DNA from: Polyangia bacterium
Lineage (GTDB): Bacteria > Myxococcota_A > Polyangia > JAAYKL01
Assembly (NCBI GenBank): GCA_050287845.1
Contig: JBNKCR010000023.1
Coordinates: 1-15,254, forward strand
Length of the DNA: 15,254 bases
Direction of reading: 5' to 3'
The notes beneath the pieces are model-generated. The model was given only the letters and a program-made list of their open reading frames with translations. It made no database searches and was not told the DNA's origin. Made by a program: the position numbers and the translations under genes. This document shows, in pieces, positions 1-8,122 of this stretch; the stretch's first letter is position 1, and each line of letters opens with the position of its first letter.

Positions 1-66
1 CTGAACGGCGGCAACCAACTACAATGTCGTTGCCGGCTGTTTCACAGTCTTTGCTCTCCTGTACTT

Positions 67-115
67 CCGCCGTGCGGTTCGAGACACTCGCTACGCTCGT
101 TCCTCACCACAGCGG
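67..115 (-). repeat. REP-like palindromic element (imperfect hairpin)
   Basis: Minus strand reads CCGCTGTG-GTGAGGAACGAGCGTAGCGAGTGTCTCGAACCG-CACGGCGG. The 8-bp outer stem has one G.U pair, and the internal GGTGAG...CTCGAACC and GAGCGTAGCGA motifs resemble small intergenic repeats seen in many bacteria. Only one copy is in the window. Confidence 0.5.
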
Positions 116-282
116 CTCTGTTTCCCTAAATTACTGGCCCAACTTAATTCTGTATCCGAAATGTTGCATCGTCTCGTTTTCGAAATTGGTACACCTCGAA
201 TAGCTCAACTATAGACAGCGTTCGGATTCGTTGCTAATGTGTGAGTATTCCTTTCGAATATTTTCATTTCAGATTGAAGTAA

Positions 283-310
283 AAGAAGTTGCACCTGGGT
301 GCAACTTCTT
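283..310. promoter_or_regulatory. Perfect 13-bp inverted repeat (candidate operator or hairpin)
   Basis: AAGAAGTTGCACC-TG-GGTGCAACTTCTT; the arms 283-295 and 298-310 are exact reverse complements. Confidence 0.45.
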
Positions 311-450
311 CGCGGCAATGTAGGATATTGGAGCACATTGTGGCATGCGTACCAATGTGATGCACAGATGAAAAGGAATTCTTCTGAGAGGAGAGCGTTC
401 CGCGATGCGGTTCAGGCGTCTGATTTTTTCTTTCAAAGCAATAAAAACAT

Positions 451-479
451 TGGACAAGGCAAATAAAAAGGCCTATACC
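451..479 (+). promoter_or_regulatory. Candidate sigma70 promoter for the ehr operon
   Basis: TGGACA (451-456), a 17-nt spacer, then TATACC (474-479). An A-rich UP-like tract lies upstream and a GC-rich discriminator (GCGCCC) downstream. The -10 element lacks the conserved final T. Confidence 0.35.
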
Positions 480-700
480 GCGCCCGAATTCGAAGTGATG
501 CTTCGAACCCTGCAGAAACGATTGTCACTTTGACGCGATCTGCGAGTTACGCGTTTAGAACAACGATGGTTGGTTCTGATTCCGATACTGCATGTTTCGG
601 GATGACATCACCGCTGCTTCCGTGCCACCGCAGAAACCGATCAGATGGCTCATGTCAGGGGTCATTCGAGGTCAACTGAAAACATAGAAGGATTTGTGGA

Positions 701-2686
701 ATGTGGACATTTCTTATCGGTTGCGGCGTAATCGAGGCTGGCGGCCTGTTTTCACTGCTGCTGTTGAAACGGGAAAAATGGGCCGGAATCGTGGCCACCT
801 TTTTTACGGTTCTGGGCTGTGCGGTTGCGGCGCTGCCTGTGATTGCGACCCTTCGGGGGGATAGTGTAGCGGCGGTTCAACTGGCATGGCGCCTTCCCGT
901 GGGCGAATTTTATATGGGGCTGGACGCGCTTTCCGCGTTTTTTTCCATTCCCATTCTTCTGCTGGCGCCCCTTGCCGCCATTTATGGCATGGGGTATCTG
1001 AAAAATTCACGGGGCAAAGGAGCCCACTATTTTTTCCTGAACACACTGGTCGCTTCAATGCTGATGCTGGTGTGCGCGAAAAATGCCATTCTGTTTCTGG
1101 TGATTTGGGAAGTCATGGCCATCTCATCGTTTTTCCTGGTCACCTTTGACGACCACCTGGCGAGTGTGCGCGAAGCGGGCTGGACGTACATGATTGCCAC
1201 CCATATCGGAGTGATGGCTCTGTTGGCGTTTTTTGCCATCCTTGGTTTTCACGGGGGCAGCTTTGATTTTGCCGTTTTGCAGGGCAATGACGGGTTGTCT
1301 TCGTCGCTGCGCTGGGTGCTGTTTGGGCTGGCGGTTGTGGGTTTCGGTTCGAAAGCGGGTATTTTCCCGTTGCATGTATGGCTCCCGGAAGCACATCCTG
1401 CAGCCCCCAGTCACGTCTCCGCGCTGATGTCGGGGGGGATGATTAAAATGGGGATTTACGGTATTCTCCGTGCGCTGACTTTCATTGGCGGGGTAACTGC
1501 ATCATTCGGGTGGATATTTCTCGCGCTGGGGGTGCTGGCGGGGGTGGTGGGGATTGTTTCCGCCCTCTCGCAACACGACATGAAGCGCATGCTGGCGTAT
1601 TCGTCGGTGGAGAATATCGGCATTGTCTTTATTGGATTGGGCACCGGAATTCTGGGCATGGCATGGCAGAACCCGGCAGTTGCCGCTCTGGGCTTCGGTG
1701 GCGCGTTGCTGCATGTGCTGAATCACTCGGTGTTCAAGGGGTTGCTGTTTCTCGGCGCCGGCGCTGTGGTTCACGAAACCGGCACCAGGGAGATGCACCA
1801 CCTGGGCGGGCTTGTGAAAAAGATGCCGTTCACCGCAACGTTCTTTGTGGTGGGCGCCATGGCCGCCAGTGCATTGCCGCCTTTCAATGGGTTCGTCAGT
1901 GAGTTTCTGATTTATTTTTCGGGCGTGCGCGGGGCACTCACACAGGACGTGTCTTCCATCATCCTTGCCGCCGTGCTGCTGACGTCGCTGGCGCTCATTG
2001 GTGGACTCGCCGCCGCGGCCTTTACCAAGGTGGCGGGACTGGTCTTTCTGGGCGCACCGCGTGTTGAGCTGTCCAGAACGCCCACCGACCCCGGATGGTC
2101 CATGAAACTGCCGGTGCTGGTACTCGCCATCGGCGCGTTGGGACTGGGACTTGCAGCGCCATACCTGTTGCCGACGGTGGCGAACGCGCAGGAAATTTTC
2201 ACCGGCGCGGATGTCATTTTGCTGACATTGCGCGATGATGTTGTGCCGTCGCTGAATGGTATCAGTATGGTGTCCGGAGCCATCATTGTCGGCGTGCTGC
2301 TGACGGTTGTTGCCTACCGGAAGTTTTCAACCCGCAGGGGAACGGTGGTGTCCCGGGGGCCGGTATGGGACTGTGGATACGCCAGACCCGCCGTCAGCAT
2401 GCAATATACGCCGTCTTCTTTCAGCGCGCCGCTGGTGTTACTTTTTGAACGGTTGGTGGGAATCCGCACGTCGCTTCGCAAACCCCGGGGCTTTTTTCCG
2501 GTGGAGGGCGCTTTTGAAACCGTGGTTTCAGATCGGGTGAAGGACACCCTCTATACCCCCATCTTTCGACTGGTTGCCAGGGCGCTGCTGCTGTTCCGGA
2601 TACTGCAGCATGGCCATGTGCACATTTATGTCATTTATGTGGCGGCGACACTCATTGCGCTGCTGCTGGTGACCTCGGGGAGTTGA
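701..2686 (+). CDS. ehrA: Ehr complex antiporter-like membrane subunit (HyfB/NuoL/MrpA family), 661 aa
   Basis: Highly hydrophobic. Motifs WEVMA, KAGIFPLHVWLPEAHPAAPSHVSALMSG, KRMLAYSSVEN, HSVFKGLLFL, LPPFNGFVSE, and the C-terminal WDCGY...MQYT typical of HyfB-like proteins. GAAGGA RBS upstream. Confidence 0.9.
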   Translation: MWTFLIGCGVIEAGGLFSLLLLKREKWAGIVATFFTVLGCAVAALPVIATLRGDSVAAVQLAWRLPVGEFYMGLDALSAFFSIPILLLAPLAAIYGMGYLKNSRGKGAHYFFLNTLVASMLMLVCAKNAILFLVIWEVMAISSFFLVTFDDHLASVREAGWTYMIATHIGVMALLAFFAILGFHGGSFDFAVLQGNDGLSSSLRWVLFGLAVVGFGSKAGIFPLHVWLPEAHPAAPSHVSALMSGGMIKMGIYGILRALTFIGGVTASFGWIFLALGVLAGVVGIVSALSQHDMKRMLAYSSVENIGIVFIGLGTGILGMAWQNPAVAALGFGGALLHVLNHSVFKGLLFLGAGAVVHETGTREMHHLGGLVKKMPFTATFFVVGAMAASALPPFNGFVSEFLIYFSGVRGALTQDVSSIILAAVLLTSLALIGGLAAAAFTKVAGLVFLGAPRVELSRTPTDPGWSMKLPVLVLAIGALGLGLAAPYLLPTVANAQEIFTGADVILLTLRDDVVPSLNGISMVSGAIIVGVLLTVVAYRKFSTRRGTVVSRGPVWDCGYARPAVSMQYTPSSFSAPLVLLFERLVGIRTSLRKPRGFFPVEGAFETVVSDRVKDTLYTPIFRLVARALLLFRILQHGHVHIYVIYVAATLIALLLVTSGS

Positions 2687-2697
2687 GGAGCGCTGAA

Positions 2698-3612
2698 ATG
2701 ATATTGAACAACACCATTCTGATTCTTTCTGCTGTCTTTCTGTCGCCTCTGCTTTTCGGCATCATCAACCGCACCAAAGCCATCTTTGCCGGGCGCAGGG
2801 GGTCACCGCTTCTGCAAACGTATTTCGATGTGATCAAATTGATGCGCAAAGGGATGGTGTATGGCGAAACCACGTCCCCGGTGTTTGTGCTGGGACCCGC
2901 AGTGGTGCTGGTATCGGTGCTGATGGCGGTACTCATGATTCCCTTTGGACCCATCGCGGCCCCGCTGTCATTCAGTGGCGACTTCATTCTGCTGGCGTAT
3001 CTGCTGGGCATCGCCCGGTTTTTCACGGTGCTCTCCGCTCTGGATACCGGTTCCGCCTTTGAGGGGATGGGAGCCAGCCGTGAAGTGCAGTTTGCCGCCC
3101 TTGGCGAGCCCACGTTTATGCTGGGCGCGTTGCTGCTGACCATTTTCACCGGCGAGATGTCGTTTTCGGGCATGGTGCGGGAAATTCACTTTGAAGCGTT
3201 CGATGCCACAACTGCCGCGGTGGCACTGCTGGTGGCGGCCTGGATGCTGCTGCTGCTCACCGAAAATTCCCGCATTCCCGTGGACGATCCCAATACCCAT
3301 CTGGAACTCACCATGATTCACGAAGTGATGGTGCTGGACACCGGCGGGCCCCTGATGGGTATTGTTACCTGGGCATCCGGAATCAAACTCTGGATTTTCA
3401 GCGCCCTCATCGCCAATCTGCTGGTGCCTGACCTGGGGGCCGGTGTTGCTGCGCAGGCCGGGGTCTTTGTGGGAATCGTGCTGCTTGTCGCCGTGGCCGT
3501 GGGCGTGGTGGAATCGGTGATGGGCCGTATTCGACTGCGACAGATTCCCAAAGTTCTGGTGGGCAGTACGGCGTTGGTGGCCACCGCACTCATTATGACA
3601 TTGGCAGGTTGA
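2698..3612 (+). CDS. ehrB: Ehr complex NuoH/HyfC/HycD-like membrane subunit, 304 aa
   Basis: Motifs GRRGSPLLQTYFD, ALDTGSAFEGMGASRE and ENSRIPVDDPNTHLELTMIHEVM. Start moved from TTG 2683 to ATG 2698, which follows GAGGAG (2685-2690). Confidence 0.9.
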   Translation: MILNNTILILSAVFLSPLLFGIINRTKAIFAGRRGSPLLQTYFDVIKLMRKGMVYGETTSPVFVLGPAVVLVSVLMAVLMIPFGPIAAPLSFSGDFILLAYLLGIARFFTVLSALDTGSAFEGMGASREVQFAALGEPTFMLGALLLTIFTGEMSFSGMVREIHFEAFDATTAAVALLVAAWMLLLLTENSRIPVDDPNTHLELTMIHEVMVLDTGGPLMGIVTWASGIKLWIFSALIANLLVPDLGAGVAAQAGVFVGIVLLVAVAVGVVESVMGRIRLRQIPKVLVGSTALVATALIMTLAG

Positions 3613-3614
3613 TT

Positions 3615-4316
3615 ATGATAAATACCATTTCAATATTACTCGCGCTCACGTCGCTGTTCCTGTTCGGTTCCAGCCGCATTCGCATTTCCATTCGCATGGT
3701 GATTGCGCAGGGGTTTCTGCTGGGGTTTGCCTTTCTGCTTCACAATCGGGAACATCTGGGCGTCAGCACGTGGATCATCGGCGTTTCGAGCATTCTGCTC
3801 AAGGGTGTCGTTCTGCCGTGGCTACTCACCTTTGTGTTGCACCGTTCCAGGGCCAAACTTGAAATTGAGCCCTACGTGGGCTTCGGTTCGTCGCTGTTTA
3901 TCGGGGTGCTTCTTTTGGGTTTCTCGTCGTATGTGGCCTGGAATCTGTCCATCACCACATCCGGTACGCGCAGCATTCCACCGGCGCTGTTCACTGCGGC
4001 GCTGTTTCTCATTTTCTGCGGAATGTTTCTCATTGTCACCCGGAAGAAGGCCATTACCCAGACCATCGGGTATCTGGTGCTGGAGAACGGCGTGTTCGCG
4101 ACCGGTCTGGGCATCGGGCACGAGTTTCCGTTTATTGTGGAGATGGGCGTGATGCTCGATATTTTTGTGGGGGTATTCCTGATGGGAATTATGATTTTCC
4201 GTATCGACAAGGCATTTGACCACACCGATACCCATCGTTTCAACGAACTGCTGGACAATGTTGTTACTGTTGTTCCGGAGCACTCCGACAAACACGATAT
4301 GGAGCGTGTCCAATGA
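3615..4316 (+). CDS. ehrC: Ehr complex HyfE-like membrane subunit (NuoK-related C-half), about 233 aa
   Basis: Hydrophobic. Motifs QG, KGVVLP, EIEP, RKKAITQTIGYLVLENG and E-x-G-xx-LD, and the operon position fits. ATG 3615 preferred over TTG 3609. Confidence 0.85.
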   Translation: MINTISILLALTSLFLFGSSRIRISIRMVIAQGFLLGFAFLLHNREHLGVSTWIIGVSSILLKGVVLPWLLTFVLHRSRAKLEIEPYVGFGSSLFIGVLLLGFSSYVAWNLSITTSGTRSIPPALFTAALFLIFCGMFLIVTRKKAITQTIGYLVLENGVFATGLGIGHEFPFIVEMGVMLDIFVGVFLMGIMIFRIDKAFDHTDTHRFNELLDNVVTVVPEHSDKHDMERVQ

Positions 4317-5806
4317 TTCTCTGGTCTCTTATTCTGATTCCATTTGCTGCGGGGCTAATCAGTTATTTCATTCCGAGCGACAGGATACGACGCGTTTTCT
4401 GGTTTGTGGCAGCGGCGGCCCATCTGTTTCTGTCATTTTATCTTGCACTTCAGGATGCGGAAGTGACCTCCCGGATTCAGGGAGGCTGGCTGGCCCTGGA
4501 TGCGCTCAGCCGACTTTTCCTGCCCCTTACCAGTCTGCTGTTTGCTGCCGCCACGTTGTATGCCATCGGTTCCTTTGAAAATGGTCACGGTCACAGCGGT
4601 TCATCCGAACCGGAAAAAACACCGTCCAGAATCCGGCCGGAATCGGTGTTCACCGGTTGTATGCTGATTTTTCACGCCAGCATGACCACGGTCATTCTGA
4701 GCCATCGTCTGGGATTGCAGTGGGTGGCCATTGAAGCAACGACCCTGGCCAGCACGCCGCTGATTTATTACCATCAGGGCAAGCGTTCCCTGGAAGCGGC
4801 GTGGAAATATATTCTGCTGTGCTCGGTGGGGATTGCAATTGCATTGCTCGGTGTGTTCTCTCTGGCGTTGGCCGCCGGTGGAGTGACATCGGAATTGAGT
4901 GTGGAGTCGCTGGTGAGCCATGCCACCCAACTCGATGCACGCTGGCTCAAGCTGGTGTTTATTTTCATTCTGGTGGGATATGGCAGCAAGATGGGCCTTG
5001 CCCCGCTGCATACCTGGCTTCCGGATGCCCACAGCGAAGCGCCATCCGCGGTGTCGGCGCTACTTTCCGGGGCATTGCTCAACTGTGCCTTCATTGGAAT
5101 TCTGCGCGTTCTGCAAATTCTCAACGCGGCAGGAATGGGTGATTTCGGACAACAGATACTGATTTTCTTTGGCCTGTTATCGATGGGGATTGCCGCCATC
5201 TTCATTCTTCGACAACCGGACTATAAGCGGCTTCTGGCCTATTCCAGTGTGGAGCACATGGGAATCATTATTCTGGGAACGGGACTCGCCCAGGGGGGGA
5301 TGTTCAGCTCCCTGCTGCATGCGGTGAATCATTCCTTTGTTAAGTCCATGCTGTTCATGACTGCGGGAAACATCCTCGCCGTGTATGCCACAAAACGGAT
5401 TGATGGCGTGCGGGGGCTGAAAAGAACGGTGCCCCTGGTGGCGGTGCTGTGGTTTGGCGGGTTCCTCGCCATTACCGGTTCGCCGCCCTTTGGCACGTTC
5501 ATCAGCGAGTTCAGCATTCTGCAGGAAGCGGTGCGCCAGGAGCGTTTTGTGACCACCGGACTCTATCTGTTTTTCCTGTTGCTGGTATTTATCGGAATGG
5601 CGGCCACATTCTCCAGAATGACCTTCGGCGTTGCCGGAACGGGTGAGACCGGGTCAGTGAACGCGCCTTTGAAATTGCATCCCTGGTCGCTGGCGCCCCC
5701 CATATTTCTTGGCCTCGCGGCATTGATGATGGGAATTTACATTCCCGAACAGTTGGATATGTGGCTTCACAACGCCGCCAGACTGATTGCAGGAGGTGCC
5801 CTGTGA
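4313..5806 (+). CDS. ehrD: Ehr complex antiporter-like membrane subunit (HyfF/NuoM-N/MrpD family), 497 aa
   Basis: Motifs WVAIEATT, SLEAAWKY, GYGSKMGLAPLHTWLPDAHSEAPS, KRLLAYSSVEHMG and GSPPFGTFISE. ATGA overlap with the upstream gene. Confidence 0.9.
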   Translation: MILWSLILIPFAAGLISYFIPSDRIRRVFWFVAAAAHLFLSFYLALQDAEVTSRIQGGWLALDALSRLFLPLTSLLFAAATLYAIGSFENGHGHSGSSEPEKTPSRIRPESVFTGCMLIFHASMTTVILSHRLGLQWVAIEATTLASTPLIYYHQGKRSLEAAWKYILLCSVGIAIALLGVFSLALAAGGVTSELSVESLVSHATQLDARWLKLVFIFILVGYGSKMGLAPLHTWLPDAHSEAPSAVSALLSGALLNCAFIGILRVLQILNAAGMGDFGQQILIFFGLLSMGIAAIFILRQPDYKRLLAYSSVEHMGIIILGTGLAQGGMFSSLLHAVNHSFVKSMLFMTAGNILAVYATKRIDGVRGLKRTVPLVAVLWFGGFLAITGSPPFGTFISEFSILQEAVRQERFVTTGLYLFFLLLVFIGMAATFSRMTFGVAGTGETGSVNAPLKLHPWSLAPPIFLGLAALMMGIYIPEQLDMWLHNAARLIAGGAL

Positions 5807-7329
5807 GCCGTGCAACGGAATATCGAAATGTGGCCAGAATCCCATTGTCGGAAATCCCGGTGATGTCGATGGAGGTCTTTAAAACCGAACTGCAGCGCCG
5901 TGTGGCAGACGGCAGTCTGGTGCTGTCGTTTTTCGGTGTGCCATCGAAGTCCGATACAGATATTTTCTGTGTCACCGGCAATCCCGAAGCAGGAATACTT
6001 TTTGTCTGTCGTACCCACGTGGGGGATGCGTATCCCGCGTTGACTCCGGACATTCCTCAGCTGCACTGGTTTGAGCGGGAACTGGCCGAACAGTGGGCCA
6101 TCCATCCCGTTGGTCATCCGTGGCTCAAACCGATTCGGTTCATGCAGAAGGCGTACAATGGCCGGAATCTGTTTGCCCCGAACGGCGAACCGGTTCAGGT
6201 GGGCGTGACCGACTATTATTCGGTGGCGGGAAAAGAAATCCACGAAGTGGCGGTGGGGCCTGTTCACGCGGGCATCATCGAGCCCGGTCATTTCCGGTTT
6301 CAGTGTTATGGGGAAACCGTGTTCCATCTGGAGATTGAACTGGGATATCAGCACCGCGGCATTGAAAAGGCGCTGGTGGGCGGTCCGAATAAGCGCACAC
6401 CGTTTTACATGGAAACCCTTGCCGGTGACAGTTCCATTGCCCATGGTATTGCGTACGCGCAGCTGATGGAATCCCTCACCGGTAAAAGCGCGCCGAAACG
6501 GGCGAAGTACATCGCCGCCATCGCACTGGAACTGGAACGCCTTGCCAATCATACCGGAGACCTCGGCGCGTTGGCCGGTGACATCGGATATTTGCCCACG
6601 CTCTCGTACAACGGTCGATTGCGCGGAGATTTTCTGAACATGACCGGACTGTTGTGCGGCAATCGGTTCGGTCGCAATCTGGTGACGCCGGGGGGCGTAA
6701 CGGTTGACTTTTCGGCAGACACCGTTTCCGAATTGAAAAAGCGACTGGAAACCACATTTAAAGAAACCCGGATTTCTGTGGACCTCCTGTGGGCGACTCC
6801 GTCGGTGATGGCCCGCTTTGAAAATACCGGTGTGGTAAAACGGGAAGACGGCGTTACCCTTGGCTGGGTGGGCCCAGCAGCCCGTGCCTGCGGAATCGGT
6901 CTGGACGCCCGGGCCCATTTTCCCTTTGGCGCATATGAAGACATCAGCATGCCGGTGGCAACCCATGAAAACGGCGATGTGTATGCCCGCGCCAGAACCC
7001 GCTGGCTTGAAATGAAGAATGCCAGAACATTCATTGACACGGCGCTCGCAGACTTGCCCGCTGGGCCTGCGAGAGTGGAAATCGATATGTCGGGCAGAGA
7101 CAGGCCGGCAAAGGACACGCTGGTGGTGTCGCTTACCGAGGGCTGGCGCGGTGTGGTCTGCCATACGGCGATAACGGATGGAGACGGGCGATTCGCCGCG
7201 TACAAGGTGGTGGATCCTTCCTTTCACAACTGGTTTGCCCTGGCGATGTCGCTGCGGGACGAACAGATTTCAGATTTTCCCCTGTGCAACAAAAGTTTCA
7301 ACCTGTCCTACTGCGGACACGACTTATAA
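5803..7329 (+). CDS. ehrL: Ehr large subunit (NuoC+NuoD / HyfG-like) lacking [NiFe] ligands, 508 aa
   Basis: NuoC-like N-part (WFERELAEQW...HPWLKP) and NuoD-like part (GPVHAGIIEPGHFRF, LGYQHRGIE, ELERLANH, EGWRG, DPSFHNW). L1 site reads TLAGDSSIAH and L2 site reads SFNLSYCGHDL, so neither has CxxC. Start reassigned to GTG 5803 (GTGA overlap with the ehrD stop; AGGAGG at 5791-5796). Confidence 0.9.
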   Translation: MSRATEYRNVARIPLSEIPVMSMEVFKTELQRRVADGSLVLSFFGVPSKSDTDIFCVTGNPEAGILFVCRTHVGDAYPALTPDIPQLHWFERELAEQWAIHPVGHPWLKPIRFMQKAYNGRNLFAPNGEPVQVGVTDYYSVAGKEIHEVAVGPVHAGIIEPGHFRFQCYGETVFHLEIELGYQHRGIEKALVGGPNKRTPFYMETLAGDSSIAHGIAYAQLMESLTGKSAPKRAKYIAAIALELERLANHTGDLGALAGDIGYLPTLSYNGRLRGDFLNMTGLLCGNRFGRNLVTPGGVTVDFSADTVSELKKRLETTFKETRISVDLLWATPSVMARFENTGVVKREDGVTLGWVGPAARACGIGLDARAHFPFGAYEDISMPVATHENGDVYARARTRWLEMKNARTFIDTALADLPAGPARVEIDMSGRDRPAKDTLVVSLTEGWRGVVCHTAITDGDGRFAAYKVVDPSFHNWFALAMSLRDEQISDFPLCNKSFNLSYCGHDL

Positions 7330-7341
7330 AGGACGGACGTC

Positions 7342-8112
7342 ATGTATCGCGCACTCAGAGCCAGATTCAAACAGGGATATCGTACCCACCGGTTTCCAGA
7401 GGAAGCGCCTTCGTTGCCCCCTCTGTATCGTGGACTGCCAGTTATTCAGTCTGACCGGTGTGTCGCCGGATGCGGGCTGTGCCGGGAGGTCTGTCCCACC
7501 GATGCCATCACTGGAAACGCGGGCAAGATTGCCCTGGACATGGGGCACTGCCTGTTCTGCGGTCGATGTGAGGAAGCCTGTCCCACCGATGCGCTGACGT
7601 TCAGCCGGGACTATCGCCTGGCCACCCATGCCAGAAGTGGACTGGTCGTTGGCGATGGAGAGGCCGACCGGACCGCACTGGTGGAAACCGCCAGTAAAGT
7701 ATTCCGGCGATCACTGCGGTTGCGTCAGGTGAGTGCCGCGGGATGCAATGCCTGCGAAGCAGATACCAACGTGCTCGGTACCCTGACATTTGATCTGGGG
7801 CGCTTCGGCATTCAGTTTGTGGCCTCTCCCAGGCATGCGGACGGTATTCTGGTGACCGGTCCGGTTTCGGAGAACATGAAGCTGGCGCTGCATAAAACCC
7901 TCGAAGCGGTGCCCGAACCCCGAATCGTGATTGCCGCCGGCGCCTGCGCCATTGGCGGCGGACCATTCCGGGACCACGACGAAGTACACAATGGCATTTC
8001 CGACATTCTGCCCGTGGATCTGTACATTCCGGGCTGCCCCCCCAGCCCCTGGACCATCCTGGACGGCCTCCTCCGCATGCTGGGCATTGAGACGCCGGCC
8101 CCATCAAAGTGA
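7342..8112 (+). CDS. ehrS: Ehr small subunit: 2x[4Fe-4S] ferredoxin (NuoI/HyfH-like) fused to NuoB/HyfI-like domain, 256 aa
   Basis: N-terminal CVAGCGLCREVCP and CLFCGRCEEACP. C-terminal GCNACE, ASPRHADGILVTG, GAC and PGCPP. AAGGA RBS upstream. Confidence 0.9.
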   Translation: MYRALRARFKQGYRTHRFPEEAPSLPPLYRGLPVIQSDRCVAGCGLCREVCPTDAITGNAGKIALDMGHCLFCGRCEEACPTDALTFSRDYRLATHARSGLVVGDGEADRTALVETASKVFRRSLRLRQVSAAGCNACEADTNVLGTLTFDLGRFGIQFVASPRHADGILVTGPVSENMKLALHKTLEAVPEPRIVIAAGACAIGGGPFRDHDEVHNGISDILPVDLYIPGCPPSPWTILDGLLRMLGIETPAPSK

Positions 8113-8122
8113 GACAATAGAG

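Noticed and set aside
269..457. 62-aa minus-strand ORF
   Set aside because: It has a TTG start and no clear RBS or recognisable features, and it overlaps palindromic regulatory-looking DNA.
598..660. Fluoride (crcB) riboswitch upstream of ehrA
   Set aside because: GGGATGACATCACCG...GCTCATGTC only loosely resembles the consensus. The GGYGATGG start, the CTRATG motif and the pseudoknot register do not fit.
5767..7227. 486-aa antisense ORF
   Set aside because: It lies wholly opposite ehrL and has no recognisable motifs; it is a typical shadow ORF of GC-rich coding DNA.
5803..7329. Calling the operon a true [NiFe] hydrogenase-4 / formate hydrogenlyase
   Set aside because: Both Ni-binding CxxC motifs are absent, and there are no maturation or formate dehydrogenase genes in the window.
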